DNA of 64,000 nucleotides, from the NCBI GenBank assembly GCA_963701855.1, contig CAVPBK010000009.1, positions 458,063 through 522,062 of the forward strand. Reading direction: 5' to 3'. Position numbers and translations under genes: made by a program. This document shows positions 10,674 through 21,574 of the stretch, one piece after another. Every line of letters begins with the position of its first letter. The first letter of the stretch is position 1. Source of the DNA: Nitrospirota bacterium (GTDB lineage Bacteria; Nitrospirota; Nitrospiria; Nitrospirales; Nitrospiraceae). The notes below the pieces were generated by a model. The model made no database searches and had not been told where the DNA came from. It saw only the letters and a list, made by a program, of their open reading frames with translations.

Positions 10674-11705
10674 ATGATCGACCTACGCAGCGATACGGTC
10701 ACGAAACCCTCTGAGGCCATGCGAAAAGCGATGGCACGCGCCGAAGTGGGAGACGATGTGTACGGTGAAGACCCCACCGTGAATCGCCTCCAAGAGATGG
10801 TGGCCACGATGTTCGGGAAAAAGGCTTCTCTCTTTGTGCCCTCCGGCACCATGGGTAATCAACTCGCCATTCGCCTCCACACACAACCGGGACAAGAAGT
10901 GATCGTCGAAAGCACGGCGCATATCGTCCGATATGAACAAGGCGCCGCCGGTGCGCTGGCTGGTGTACAACTTCATTGGATCACGGGGAATCGAGGCCTC
11001 ATTTCCCCTGAGCAGGTTGAGGCGGCAATCCGTCCCAAAGAGCCGAACACGGTTCAAACTGGACTGATCTGTCTGGAAAACACCCATAATAGCGGCGGCG
11101 GAACGATTTATCCGCTGGCGACGATTGAACGGATACGCGCTGTGGCTGTCACCCATAGCATCCCGATGCATTTGGACGGCGCACGACTATTCAACGCCAT
11201 TGCTGCCACCACCCTACCGCCTGCCTCCTATGCTCAACACTTTGATACCCTGTCGGTTTGTCTCTCGAAAGGACTGGGGGCGCCAGCCGGTTCGCTCCTG
11301 ATGATGAATGATCTGACCCTCCTCGACAAGGCCAAGCGGGTGCGCCGAATGTATGGTGGCGCCATGCGGCAGTCCGGCATCCTCGCCGCCGCCGGCATCT
11401 ATGCGCTTGAACATCATATTGGACGATTGAAAGTGGACCATGATCATGCCAAGCGGCTGGCGAAACAGCTGCAACAAATCCCAACGGTCAGGATTAACCC
11501 GCAAGATGTCGACACGAATATCGTCATCTTCGAGGTGATCGGCCACCGTCTAGCTCCCCCAGCGATCGTCGCCGCCTTGAAACAGGAGGGACTCTTGATC
11601 AATGCCATCGGCGGCAATAGCTTTCGTGCCGTCACCCATTTGGATATCTCCAGTGCCATGGCCGAGGAAGCCGGCGAAATCTTTACCCGCGTGCTGATGA
11701 ACTAG
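10674..11705 (+). CDS. ltaE: Low-specificity L-threonine aldolase
   Basis: [33 protein letters not shown]. Confidence 0.95.
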   Translation: MIDLRSDTVTKPSEAMRKAMARAEVGDDVYGEDPTVNRLQEMVATMFGKKASLFVPSGTMGNQLAIRLHTQPGQEVIVESTAHIVRYEQGAAGALAGVQLHWITGNRGLISPEQVEAAIRPKEPNTVQTGLICLENTHNSGGGTIYPLATIERIRAVAVTHSIPMHLDGARLFNAIAATTLPPASYAQHFDTLSVCLSKGLGAPAGSLLMMNDLTLLDKAKRVRRMYGGAMRQSGILAAAGIYALEHHIGRLKVDHDHAKRLAKQLQQIPTVRINPQDVDTNIVIFEVIGHRLAPPAIVAALKQEGLLINAIGGNSFRAVTHLDISSAMAEEAGEIFTRVLMN

Positions 11706-11787
11706 TCCGCATGAATCATGCGGGCTAGACGACTGCGCATTGACACTTCTCGCACTCAAATCTAGAATGCCTCACAAAGGAGTATCG

Positions 11788-12015
11788 ATGCCACTAGAAG
11801 TTGTCTCATTCAAACACATCAGCCGGATCCTTGAGGTCACCGACTCGCTCGGTCTGAACCGCGAGTGGGTCGAAATCCCGTTGTCTCCAGAAAGCCCAGG
11901 TGGCGTTAGACGGTTGACCAACGGCAAGCTGGAAATCATCGTCGATGCAGACAAACCGTTCGAAGATTGGCTGGGATTGCTCCCGAAACACATTCAGCTC
12001 GCACAGGAAGCCTGA
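11788..12015 (+). CDS. Hypothetical protein
   Basis: AAGGAG then MPLEVVSF..; 2 nt before next gene. Confidence 0.7.
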   Translation: MPLEVVSFKHISRILEVTDSLGLNREWVEIPLSPESPGGVRRLTNGKLEIIVDADKPFEDWLGLLPKHIQLAQEA

Positions 12016-12017
12016 AC

Positions 12018-12803
12018 ATGGATAGTCCCACCACCCACCCTATCCCCACATCAGAAGAATTGAAGGCAGAACTCCTGGCGATGCCGGAGCCGCCTGAACA
12101 GCCGGACCCGATCGACGAGCCGGGATTTGAAGAACTCGTCGAGGTGGCCTTGCGCCACGTCCGTGGCCGCCGTGGGGGCGATCTCGTCAGCGTGATCCTC
12201 GTGGGGTCCAGCGTTCGGCGCGCCATCACTACTCACAGCGACATCGATCTCATTGCGCTCGTGAAAGGATTGGCCGATGGCCACGAGATCATTCGTGTTG
12301 CCGATCGTCTAGCCGACATCCGCTATCGTGGGCATCAAGAACTTGAGGAGGATCTCCCCCATTCACCACGCCTCCCATCTCTCTTACGGAAAGCCCGCAT
12401 CCTTTTCGATCACGAGAACATCGGCGCCAAGCTTATTGAACGAGCCAACCAACGGTTCCGACAAGGACCGCCTCCTGTCAGTATTAATGAACAGATTCGG
12501 ATGAAGGCGGATTGTTTCCATTGGCTGGGAAAAGCCCGGGATCTGGCCGACAAGCCGGCGACCGCGCAGTATCTACTCTCGATATTTTTCGACGACGCCA
12601 TCAGCGCGTTCTTCCGGCTACGGGGCTTCTGGCTGACCGCGCCGGGTGACGTACCAAAGTTCATCGCCTCCCGCGATGCGGGGCTGGGTGACCTGGCTGC
12701 GCGGTTCCTGATTGCGGCTTCTTTGCCGGAACGGCTCAACTTAGGCCGCGATCTGGCCGATACTCTCTTTAAGGACGTACCAAATCCTGCCAGAATTGAC
12801 TGA
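12018..12803 (+). CDS. Nucleotidyltransferase-domain protein
   Basis: GS-x9-SDIDL motif (LVGSSVRRAITTHSDIDL). Confidence 0.75.
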   Translation: MDSPTTHPIPTSEELKAELLAMPEPPEQPDPIDEPGFEELVEVALRHVRGRRGGDLVSVILVGSSVRRAITTHSDIDLIALVKGLADGHEIIRVADRLADIRYRGHQELEEDLPHSPRLPSLLRKARILFDHENIGAKLIERANQRFRQGPPPVSINEQIRMKADCFHWLGKARDLADKPATAQYLLSIFFDDAISAFFRLRGFWLTAPGDVPKFIASRDAGLGDLAARFLIAASLPERLNLGRDLADTLFKDVPNPARID

Positions 12804-12950
12804 CAGGACTTCCGGATCGATTTTTAGACTGCTGCCGTATGAGACTTACCAGCCTTTCATTCTCGCAGGGCTGAACAGAGGACAAGCTCAGTCTAAGAAT
12901 CATGATCCGTGCGATGCCATTCAGTCATGACCGTACCGGAAGGAGTCGCT

Positions 12951-13844
12951 ATGGAAATCGGATTCGTCGGGCTTGGGAAGATGGGCATGAACATGGTCAC
13001 CAGGTTACAGCGTGACCGGCATCGAGTTGTCGTCTACGACCGTTCGGCAGATCTGATCAAGCAGGCCGAAGGCGTTGGTTGTGTCGGAGCATCCTCATTA
13101 GCGAACCTCGTCGGCCACCTTAAAGTCCCGCGCGCGGTCTGGGTCATGGTCCCATCCGGGGCGCCGACTGAGGAGACCGTTCAAACCATCGCGACATTAC
13201 TCCAACCGGGCGACACAGTAATCGACGGTGGTAACACCAGATATCACGACGATGTTCGGCGGGCTGTGGACCTCAAGAAAAAACAGCTTCACTATGTCGA
13301 TGCCGGAACCAGCGGAGGCATCTGGGGATTAAAGATCGGGTACTGTCTGATGGTCGGTGGCGACGAAGCGCCGGTGAAACAACTTGCGCCGATCTTCACC
13401 ACGCTGGCACCGGAGCATGGCTGGGCTCACGTCGGTGGAGTCGGCGCCGGGCATTACGTGAAAATGGTGCATAATGGAATCGAGTACAGCATGATGCAGG
13501 GGTATGCCGAGGGCTTCGAGCTGATGGCGAAAAGCGATTACAAGCTCAACCTCGCCAACATCGCAAACCTCTGGATGCACGGTAGCGTCGTCCGATCCTG
13601 GCTCTTGGAGTTGGCGGCCGGCGCCTTGAAAGAAGATCCACGGCTGGAACAGTTGAAAGGCTACGTGCAGGATTCTGGCGAGGGTCGCTGGATGATCGCC
13701 GATGCCATCGAGAAGGATGTACCGGTCCCGACACTCGCAACAGCACTATTCACTCGATTCCGATCGCGACAAAGCGAGTCCTTTGCTGAAAAGATGCTGG
13801 CGGCATTGCGGAATGCCTTCGGCGGCCATGCGGTCCGCCGATAA
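12951..13844 (+). CDS. gnd: 6-phosphogluconate dehydrogenase, short (YqeC-type)
   Basis: GLGKMG, DGGN, DAGTSGG, KMVHNGIEY, LRNAFGGH. Confidence 0.95.
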   Translation: MEIGFVGLGKMGMNMVTRLQRDRHRVVVYDRSADLIKQAEGVGCVGASSLANLVGHLKVPRAVWVMVPSGAPTEETVQTIATLLQPGDTVIDGGNTRYHDDVRRAVDLKKKQLHYVDAGTSGGIWGLKIGYCLMVGGDEAPVKQLAPIFTTLAPEHGWAHVGGVGAGHYVKMVHNGIEYSMMQGYAEGFELMAKSDYKLNLANIANLWMHGSVVRSWLLELAAGALKEDPRLEQLKGYVQDSGEGRWMIADAIEKDVPVPTLATALFTRFRSRQSESFAEKMLAALRNAFGGHAVRR

Positions 13845-13845
13845 T

Positions 13846-13965
13846 AGGATGCTCAAAACGTCTGCCCGCGTCGTTCTCGCTTCGCTCAGAGGGTCAACGT
13901 ACAGAAGCGTACGTCTCGCCTCTTCGCTCGCTGCGGCGTTGCTGGACGGCCATTTTGAACATCCT
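13846..13965. repeat. CAGGATGCTSAAAA repeat family copy
   Basis: AGGATGCTCAAAA...TTTTGAACATCCT. Confidence 0.75.
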
Positions 13966-14058
13966 GAAAATTTTCAGGCACCAGCGGAAAAATGAGAATT
14001 CCAACAGTCTTTCGTGTATCAATCGAGTTTTCCCGCAGCCTGATAACGTCGGAGCCCT

Positions 14059-15603
14059 ATGCCACCGAATAGCCCACGTATCGATATCAGTCCCTCACAG
14101 GAAACGATTCCCCCAGTCGATCCCTGTACCCTTGTCATCTTTGGAGGTTCCGGCGATCTGGCGCGTCGGCGTCTGATTCCCGCCCTCTACAACTTGCTCC
14201 TCGACGGACTCCTTCCGCCGAACTATGCAGTGATCGGGCTGGGCCGCAAATCGATGACTGACGAGGAATTCCGTGCCACGCTTCGTGATGGCGTCGTGAC
14301 ACATTCCCGACAAGCCTTGGCAGAAGAGAAGTGGAAGGATTTCGCGCAACGTCTTTTTTATCTATCGGGAGGAAATGATGACCCGAACACCTATGCCAGA
14401 CTGAAGTCTCGAACAGTAGAAATTGAGCGGAATCTCCAATTGCCCGGCAACCGGATTTTCTATCTGAGCATCCCTCCCAGTTCATTTGCGTCTGCGTGCG
14501 AAGGGCTTGAGCAAGCCGGATTAGCGACGAAGCCGGGGGCGCATACGCCCTATGCCCGCATCATCGTCGAGAAACCAGTCGGCCGCGATTTGGCTTCCGC
14601 CCAGGCTATCAACGGCGTGACAGGGCGCGTGTTCGACGAATCGCAGATCTTCCGCATCGATCACTATCTGGGAAAAGAAACCGTTCAGAATCTCATGGTC
14701 GTTCGATTCGCCAACAGCATCTTCGAGCCGATTTGGAACCACAAATACATCGATCATGTGCAGATCACGGTAAGCGAAGCGGAAGGCGTCGGGAGCAGAG
14801 CCAGCTACTACGAAGAAGCCGGTGCGTTGCGCGACATGGTGCAGAACCACATGCTGCAGTTACTCTGCTTGGTGGCGATGGAGCCCCCCTACTCGCTCGA
14901 TCCGGATGTGGTACGCAACGCGAAGATGGAAGTCCTCCGTTGCCTCAGGCCTATCACCGACCAAGATCTCGAGTCCGTCACCGTCCGTGCCCAATACAGT
15001 CAAGGCACAGCCCATGGCAAGTCTATCCCGGGCTATCGTCGCGAGAACGGGATTCATCCTGATTCAACGACGGAAACCTATGTCGCGCTCAAATGCTTTG
15101 TGGAAAACTGGCGATGGGACGGTGTACCCTTCTATCTGCGTACCGGGAAAGCCCTCCCCCATCGTGCCAGCGAGGTCGCAGTACAGTTTAAGGACATCCC
15201 TCACATCCTGTTCAATGCCAATGCACAGCAGCCCCAGCCACCAAATGTATTGGCACTACGCATCCAGCCGGAGGAAGGACTCTCTCTCCGCATCGTCTCG
15301 CGCGTGCCTGGCACGCGCGCACAGACACACCCGGTGGAAATGGACTTTCAATACAGCGACGTCTTCGGCCGCCCATCGCCCGAAGCCTATGAGCGGTTGC
15401 TCCTGGATGTGATGGCAGGCGATGCCTCCCGATTCATGCGTCGCGATGCCGTGGAAGCCTCCTGGGCCTGGATCACCAAGATTCTGGAAGGATGGCAGCG
15501 GCAAGGGTTGCGGTGGTTGCCTGAATACCAGGCAGGATCCTGTGGGCCGGTCGAGGCAGATCGCCTCATTAAGAAGGATGGGCGGACCTGGCGGACCCTG
15601 TAG
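14059..15603 (+). CDS. zwf: Glucose-6-phosphate 1-dehydrogenase
   Basis: GGSGDLA, EKPVG, RIDHYLGKE, RDMVQNH. Confidence 0.97.
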   Translation: MPPNSPRIDISPSQETIPPVDPCTLVIFGGSGDLARRRLIPALYNLLLDGLLPPNYAVIGLGRKSMTDEEFRATLRDGVVTHSRQALAEEKWKDFAQRLFYLSGGNDDPNTYARLKSRTVEIERNLQLPGNRIFYLSIPPSSFASACEGLEQAGLATKPGAHTPYARIIVEKPVGRDLASAQAINGVTGRVFDESQIFRIDHYLGKETVQNLMVVRFANSIFEPIWNHKYIDHVQITVSEAEGVGSRASYYEEAGALRDMVQNHMLQLLCLVAMEPPYSLDPDVVRNAKMEVLRCLRPITDQDLESVTVRAQYSQGTAHGKSIPGYRRENGIHPDSTTETYVALKCFVENWRWDGVPFYLRTGKALPHRASEVAVQFKDIPHILFNANAQQPQPPNVLALRIQPEEGLSLRIVSRVPGTRAQTHPVEMDFQYSDVFGRPSPEAYERLLLDVMAGDASRFMRRDAVEASWAWITKILEGWQRQGLRWLPEYQAGSCGPVEADRLIKKDGRTWRTL

Positions 15604-15612
15604 CATCTCCTG

Positions 15613-15924
15613 TCATGTCAGTCGCAACTGCTTACGAATCTCCTCGCTGGTTCCCAGCCCACCAATAAATCGCTCGAACACTCCCTTGCGATAGAGAGCC
15701 AACGCCGGCAACGAACGAACGTCTAGCTCCGCTGGAATCTGGAAGTTCTCTTCGACATTCATTTTCACGATCAGAACCTTGCCGGTCACATCAAGCTCCA
15801 GTTTCTGAAGTTCCCGCATCAGCGCTCGGCAACTCCCACACCCTGGTTTCCAGAACTCCACCAGCACCGGCACCCCTGCCTGTTCTACAACCCAGTCAAA
15901 GTCCCGATCAGTGATCTCACGCAC
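15613..15924 (-). CDS. Thioredoxin family protein
   Basis: VLVEFWKPGCGSC CxxC motif. Confidence 0.85.
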   Translation of the reverse strand: MREITDRDFDWVVEQAGVPVLVEFWKPGCGSCRALMRELQKLELDVTGKVLIVKMNVEENFQIPAELDVRSLPALALYRKGVFERFIGGLGTSEEIRKQLRLT

Positions 15925-15939
15925 CGTGATCTCCTCTCG

Positions 15940-16578
15940 TCACGATCCTCCCGCCGACACCGCAGCAAATACCTCCTGATACAGCCGTTCAGCCATTAGC
16001 CGATACCCGGCTGTGGTCAGATGCAACCCGTCGTTGGAATATCGTGCCGCAAGTTGTTGGGTTTTTGGTTCTGCCGTGGCGGCAAAGAGATCGAAGGCTG
16101 TCAACCGTTTCGATTCCGCGTAGCAAAGAATGAATCCGTTAAGCTCACGTCGCCGTTCAAGATGCTCTGCAAACCACCGGCGCTCCTCCTCACTGCGAAG
16201 ATCGTCACCCACTCTGATCGACGGGACGGTCACCGGAACAGGCTTGACCCCGGCCGCTACGGCCAGTTCATACATCTTGAGGAGATTACGAAATATGTCT
16301 GCCGGCGCAGCGTTCCACCCAAGATCGTTCGTTCCGCCGAGAATCACCACATACGTCGGGTGGTGTGTCAGTACAGTCGATTGAAACCGCATCGCCATTT
16401 CACCGGTTAGCTCACCGCAGATGCCGCTCACAGACACGCGCACGGCAGGCCCAGTCAGTTCTTGCAGGAACCGCCCATATGGCGTCTCAGTGCCTTGAGG
16501 ATTGTCGACAGCGGGCGATTGAAACCCCGCTGTGAGGCTGTCTCCAAAACATACGATGTGGCTCTGGGCAATCGTCAT
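15940..16578 (-). CDS. SGNH/GDSL hydrolase
   Basis: FGDSLT, GGTND, DGLH. Confidence 0.9.
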   Translation of the reverse strand: MTIAQSHIVCFGDSLTAGFQSPAVDNPQGTETPYGRFLQELTGPAVRVSVSGICGELTGEMAMRFQSTVLTHHPTYVVILGGTNDLGWNAAPADIFRNLLKMYELAVAAGVKPVPVTVPSIRVGDDLRSEEERRWFAEHLERRRELNGFILCYAESKRLTAFDLFAATAEPKTQQLAARYSNDGLHLTTAGYRLMAERLYQEVFAAVSAGGS

Positions 16579-16735
16579 TTGAATCGGATTCTACCGACCT
16601 AGTCGGGAGGTTCACAATGCCCTCCTGTCCATGAATCAAGACTGAAGGAATCTCTCAGCAACGCCTCAGTGAGAAGCTGGTGAAGAGCGGCTATTTTCTT
16701 GACGATTCAGCACCTCCAGGGTACGACTAAGCATC

Positions 16736-18574
16736 ATGGACGAGCGCTTGACAGAAAGCGGCGCATGGCCGATCGCACCTGCAAAAGAGCCGCTTAATCC
16801 GGAACTGACCTCTGTCAAGCAAATCCTCGCGCTCTTGGACAAGACCTCGAAGTCCAGGCGGACTTACGGGGCAACGAACCCTGTAGCACAGAAGTTCTTT
16901 CAAGAGTTATTCGAGGAACTCACAACTCACCTAGCCACCTACTCCAAATTGGCATTTCTTGTTCAACGTTCCGAACTGTACTTCAACGGGGAAGTCGTCT
17001 GCCGATCCGAGCAAGGTTCGAATAATGAAAGTGTCGCATTCAAACTCTATACAGATGGCATTCGAGAGCTCGCTTTTCTCGAAGGTCTTTCTACTGAAGA
17101 CCTCTCCTTCTTGCTTGATTCGCTATGGGGCAGTCTCCACCCCGACGAAGATGATGACGACATTGTGACTCGTTTATGGTCCAAGAACCTCTCTACCATC
17201 ACCCTGGTCACCGCAGAAGAAATCGCCAAAGCCTCGGCCGGTGGAGATGTCTTTTCGCTGCCTGATGCCGGGATGATTGAGGCACCGGAATCAAGCTTGA
17301 GGGACCTTCTCGATCGGGAGCAAGCCCGTGCCAAAATGGGAGAGGGGTCAGGGATTGAGGGAGGAGGTGGCTCAGACACTGGTAATGGCGGGTCCCAATC
17401 CGGAGAGGCAACCGGAGGGGGAATCAGCAGACAGGCTAGCCGATTCAAGTCTGGTCACGCGGGCTACGAAGTCTCCGACAAGGAATTTGCTGAATTGGCG
17501 AAGGAGATCGAGGCTGAGAGCGCCAGAGATAACATAACCTACCTATTGGATATGCTCACCGCGATCCTAGCGTCGGAAAAATCTCCTGCGGTCCTAACCA
17601 AATTGCTCGACCTCTGGGGAAGCGTCCTCGACTCATTGACCGCCCAGGGCAAATGGACCGTGTTAGACACCGTACTTCAACTGTTACATGTCACCACTGA
17701 GATCAGACCGGATCTCAGCGATGATCACAAGAAACAACTGGCGGCTCTGCTCGACAATCTTGGCAGACCTGAACGCATGAAGATGATCGAGACCTATTTG
17801 AACAAGATCCCCGACGCAGCGACAGAAGGATTGCCGGCAGTTCTGTTGTCGATGACGCCGTCAGCCGTCTCTGCCTTGTGCACCCTCTTAGGAAATCTGG
17901 AGACGCCGGCCCATCAGGCCATCGTGGCTGAAGCCCTCGAGACACTCGCGAAAGACCAACCAGATCACGTGCTTCGCGGTTTGTCCGACCGCCGCCCCCG
18001 CTATGTGAAAAACCTTCTCGCGATCCTTCTCAAATGGAACAATCCCAGATTTGCAGACGCAGTTGAAAAGCTCGTGCGCTACCCGGACATTCAGGTACGG
18101 AAGGAAGTTGTGCGAGCGATCGGGATATTCCGTCCCAGCGGGAACGGGATGAAACTGATCGCATTTTTGAATGACACCGAGGAGTCGATCCGGTTTGCGG
18201 CACTTAAGCTGCTCATGACCGGTCAATATAAGGCTCCTTACTCCGCCTGGTCACCCCTTGTATCGACGGACACATTCATGGATCGAAGCCTCGGTGAAAA
18301 ACGCGCAGTATTCCAAGCCATGCGCATCACCAGTCGTGATGAGGGCATTCCTTTCTTCGAAAATTTGATCACGGAACGGTCCTGGACCAACCGGAAGAAA
18401 AAGGAGGAGCTCGCTGCCCTCGCCGCTGAGACATTGGGAAAATTGCCCACCCCTGCCGCCCTTACCACCCTTGAGCTGGGTCAGAAAAAAGGTGGCGCCG
18501 CCGTTAGACAAGCCTGCACCGCGGCCCTGGCCCTGGCCATGCGGCAACAGCATCTCAAGCAGGCTGCATCATAG
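16736..18574 (+). CDS. HEAT-repeat protein
   Basis: 612 aa helical protein with VRKEVVRAIG / IRFAALKLL / VRQACTAAL repeats; 15 nt upstream of an HD-GYP gene. Confidence 0.8.
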   Translation: MDERLTESGAWPIAPAKEPLNPELTSVKQILALLDKTSKSRRTYGATNPVAQKFFQELFEELTTHLATYSKLAFLVQRSELYFNGEVVCRSEQGSNNESVAFKLYTDGIRELAFLEGLSTEDLSFLLDSLWGSLHPDEDDDDIVTRLWSKNLSTITLVTAEEIAKASAGGDVFSLPDAGMIEAPESSLRDLLDREQARAKMGEGSGIEGGGGSDTGNGGSQSGEATGGGISRQASRFKSGHAGYEVSDKEFAELAKEIEAESARDNITYLLDMLTAILASEKSPAVLTKLLDLWGSVLDSLTAQGKWTVLDTVLQLLHVTTEIRPDLSDDHKKQLAALLDNLGRPERMKMIETYLNKIPDAATEGLPAVLLSMTPSAVSALCTLLGNLETPAHQAIVAEALETLAKDQPDHVLRGLSDRRPRYVKNLLAILLKWNNPRFADAVEKLVRYPDIQVRKEVVRAIGIFRPSGNGMKLIAFLNDTEESIRFAALKLLMTGQYKAPYSAWSPLVSTDTFMDRSLGEKRAVFQAMRITSRDEGIPFFENLITERSWTNRKKKEELAALAAETLGKLPTPAALTTLELGQKKGGAAVRQACTAALALAMRQQHLKQAAS

Positions 18575-18589
18575 TAAGGAGCCTTTGTC

Positions 18590-20236
18590 GTGAGTGACAT
18601 CAAGATCAAAGAGACCCCGGTCGAGGATGAACAGGCCCAACCGATCCTGACCCACGAAAAGTCCCTGTCTCAGAAAATCGCCCGCGGATCGGAAGCCGGG
18701 GACATCCTTGACCAACAGATGGTCATGCTGGGAATTCAGCTGGTCACACAACTGAACGTGTTGATTAAGACCTCTCGCATCTATGAGCGCACCAACTCGG
18801 CACTGGATAAACCCGTCGACGCAATTCTAACCTTGATTAAGACCATGGCACATGACCAACCGGTCACACTCCGCCTGCAAAATGATTTCTTGTTTCTCGG
18901 TGACAGTCACTTGAAAGTGACCGCACAGCAGATGGCCGTGGCCACCAGCATCATCGATGTCTTGAACACCTGGAAGATCGGCGGAATGATATTCTCATTG
19001 GCCGTGGAGTCGAAAGATCTGCGTGAGTTCGCCGCACTCTTTGTCAGCTTTGACCCTGGCAACAAATCTCTCGAAGACCTTCAGAAAGAAATCAGGACAC
19101 GGGGGATCGCCGGCATTGATCTAGAAGAGCAACGGCAGCTGCAAATCCGAAAAGGATCCGGAACAGCAGAGAATACAGGACCCGGAACGGCGGGGAATAC
19201 GGGGCTAGGAACAGGGGGAAATACGGGACCCGGAACGGCGGAGAACACAAAGCCAGATGGCACAGAAAGCGTCGATCCGAAAATGCAACGAAGAGCGAAC
19301 GCCAGGAACGCCTATGCCAAAGTGGCTGGATCAGTCGGAACTTTGACGCAATCATCCCGGGAGGGAGGATCGATCAGTTTCAAACAGGCGAAGCGAGCCA
19401 TCCAAAACATCATCGACCTCATGGTAGATGACGAAACCGCGGTCCTCGGCCTTACGACTCTTCGTTGCCACGATCAGTACACACATAACCATTCGGTCAA
19501 TGTCTCGTTGCTGTCCATGGCACTCGGCAATCGAGTCGGCTATCCGAAGGTAGACCTTGCCGACCTGGGGTTGGCTTCATTGTTTCACGATGTTGGGAAA
19601 TGTGCGATTTCTCTGGATATTCTCAATAAGCCCGGCGAGTTCACAAATGAAGAGTGGGAAATCATGCGGACTCACCCGACTGAAGGAGTGCTGGCCCTCA
19701 TTAAGCTGCGCGGTTTCAGCGAGGTACCGGCACGCATGGCCGCCGCTTCGTTTGAGCACCATATGAACTACGACTTTTCCGGCTATCCCAAACTGGCTGC
19801 TCCATGGACACAGAGTCTCTCCAGTCGAATCGTGACGATTGCCGATTGTTACGATGCCATGACCTCTTCTCGCGTCTACCGCCGCGAACCGATGTCCCCA
19901 TCGAAAGCGTTGAACCTGATGCTCTCAAAATCAGGCAAATCATTTGATGCGGTGCTCCTCAAGCTGTTCGTGAACTGTGTCGGCATTATCCCCATCGGCA
20001 GCCTAGTAATGATCGAGACAAGTGAACTGGCGGTCGTACTCAAGCCAGCTATCGACAAGAAAAATGCCGAACGACCGTTCGTCAAGATCATCACTGATCC
20101 ACAGGGGAACTCGGTCGATCACGGGCGTGAAATAGACCTGACCGAGAAAGATGAGACCGGAGATTTCCGCCACAACATTATTCGCTTGATCGACAACACT
20201 GAATACAAGTTCGACACCAGTAAATACTTCGTCTAA
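18590..20236 (+). CDS. HD-GYP domain c-di-GMP phosphodiesterase
   Basis: HSVNV, LFHDVGK, EHH..SGYP, IADCYDAMTS.R.YR. Confidence 0.9.
   Translation: MSDIKIKETPVEDEQAQPILTHEKSLSQKIARGSEAGDILDQQMVMLGIQLVTQLNVLIKTSRIYERTNSALDKPVDAILTLIKTMAHDQPVTLRLQNDFLFLGDSHLKVTAQQMAVATSIIDVLNTWKIGGMIFSLAVESKDLREFAALFVSFDPGNKSLEDLQKEIRTRGIAGIDLEEQRQLQIRKGSGTAENTGPGTAGNTGLGTGGNTGPGTAENTKPDGTESVDPKMQRRANARNAYAKVAGSVGTLTQSSREGGSISFKQAKRAIQNIIDLMVDDETAVLGLTTLRCHDQYTHNHSVNVSLLSMALGNRVGYPKVDLADLGLASLFHDVGKCAISLDILNKPGEFTNEEWEIMRTHPTEGVLALIKLRGFSEVPARMAAASFEHHMNYDFSGYPKLAAPWTQSLSSRIVTIADCYDAMTSSRVYRREPMSPSKALNLMLSKSGKSFDAVLLKLFVNCVGIIPIGSLVMIETSELAVVLKPAIDKKNAERPFVKIITDPQGNSVDHGREIDLTEKDETGDFRHNIIRLIDNTEYKFDTSKYFV
19159..19254 (+). 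repeat. In-frame 24-bp x4 tandem repeat within HD-GYP gene
   Basis: GTAENTGP/GTAGNTGL/GTGGNTGP/GTAENTKP. Confidence 0.85.
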
Positions 20237-20393
20237 CAGGATGCTGAAAAGTCAATCTTCTCACACGCCCAACCCCGGCGCGTCGAGACGCGCATTTTCC
20301 CAATGCATCGTTCAGATCCTCAACATGCTCCAGCGGATACACCTCGGCTCTTCACTCGTTGCGGCTCTGATGGACGACATTTTGAGCATCCTG
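20237..20393. repeat. CAGGATGCTSAAAA repeat family copy
   Basis: CAGGATGCTGAAAA...TTTTGAGCATCCTG immediately after a stop codon. Confidence 0.8.
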
Positions 20394-20571
20394 CGCAAGG
20401 GTTCTCATGTTGTGTCACACGTGCGGACCAACAAGGTTCTTGCGTGCCTTCACAGTTTTTCCGCCACCGTCTAGCCTCCGCGCAGCCCAATCCCTTGACA
20501 GAGACTGGCCTCCCAGCTATTCTCGCTACGGTTACACTGACCACACTGTTTACCAACAAGGAGCGCGAGTT

Positions 20572-21135
20572 ATGCATATATCGGGAACCCTCTTAAGGCG
20601 CATCACCCTCCCCTTGGCCGCTGCAGGCATACTGTTACTCGTATCTCTTCCTGCTGCACAAGCTACCGAGGCCTTCAAAATGGGTGTCGTCGATCCTCAG
20701 GCCGTCTTAGAGAAATCAAAAGCGGGCAAAAAAGCCTTGGACGGGCTCAAAGAATACGTCTCCACCAGGCAGAAGTTGTTGTCCGGCGACGAAGAGGACT
20801 TGCGTAATACGGAGAAGACACTCAAGGAGCAAGTCTCGAAACTAAGCGACACCGAGAAAAAAGAAAAAGAGACACAGTTCCGCACCAGGGTCCAAGAGTT
20901 TCAGAAACGCGCGCAAGAATTTAATCAGGAACTGCAGGGCAAGCAGAAAGAATTGGTCGATGAGTACATGAAGAAAATTTCCTCGGCCACAAAGACCGTT
21001 GCAGAAAAGGGCGGATTTGCCCTTGTCGTCGATAAGGGTAGCGAACAGACGGTCAAGATTGTGATCTACAGTAAAGACACCATCGATCTAACCGACCAGG
21101 TGATCAAGGAGTTCGATCGAGTCAACAGCAAATAA
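20572..21135 (+). CDS. skp: OmpH/Skp outer-membrane chaperone
   Basis: Signal peptide, KMGVVDPQAVL, coiled coil, DLTDQVIKEFD. Confidence 0.9.
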   Translation: MHISGTLLRRITLPLAAAGILLLVSLPAAQATEAFKMGVVDPQAVLEKSKAGKKALDGLKEYVSTRQKLLSGDEEDLRNTEKTLKEQVSKLSDTEKKEKETQFRTRVQEFQKRAQEFNQELQGKQKELVDEYMKKISSATKTVAEKGGFALVVDKGSEQTVKIVIYSKDTIDLTDQVIKEFDRVNSK

Positions 21136-21180
21136 CCCTTCCTAAAACGTGAATGGGACCTCGGCCTCTCTGAGGTCCCA

Positions 21181-21549
21181 TCAACCCTCCATCGGATATC
21201 CAGCATCCCGCCAGCCTTTGATTCCCCCATCCATCGAGACCACATTCGTATAGCCCATTTGCTGAAGCGCGTCCGCGGCTAACACCGACCGGTAGCCGCC
21301 TCCGCAATACAATAAAATAGCTTCCTCTTTATTGGGAATAAGCGTTTCAACATCGCGTTCGATAACGCCTTTTCCCAGATGACGGGCGCCCTTCACATGA
21401 TCTTTCTCGAACTCGTGGTCCTCACGCACATCGAGAAAGTGCAGCGCCTCACTCCGATCGAGTCGGGCCTTAGCCTGTGCCACCGTACATTCCTTAACCC
21501 GCATTCGTACCGCATCCACCAACTTGAGAAAACCAGGATTATGTTTCAT
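21181..21549 (-). CDS. Rhodanese-like protein
   Basis: LDVRE, LYCGGGYRS, MDGGIKGW. Confidence 0.9.
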   Translation of the reverse strand: MKHNPGFLKLVDAVRMRVKECTVAQAKARLDRSEALHFLDVREDHEFEKDHVKGARHLGKGVIERDVETLIPNKEEAILLYCGGGYRSVLAADALQQMGYTNVVSMDGGIKGWRDAGYPMEG

Positions 21550-21574
21550 CCCCGCTCCCTTCCCAGCTCTTGCT

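Noticed and set aside
12018..12803. Nucleotidyltransferase as a toxin-antitoxin or CBASS component
   Set aside because: Lies in a housekeeping gene run with no HEPN or effector partner recognised
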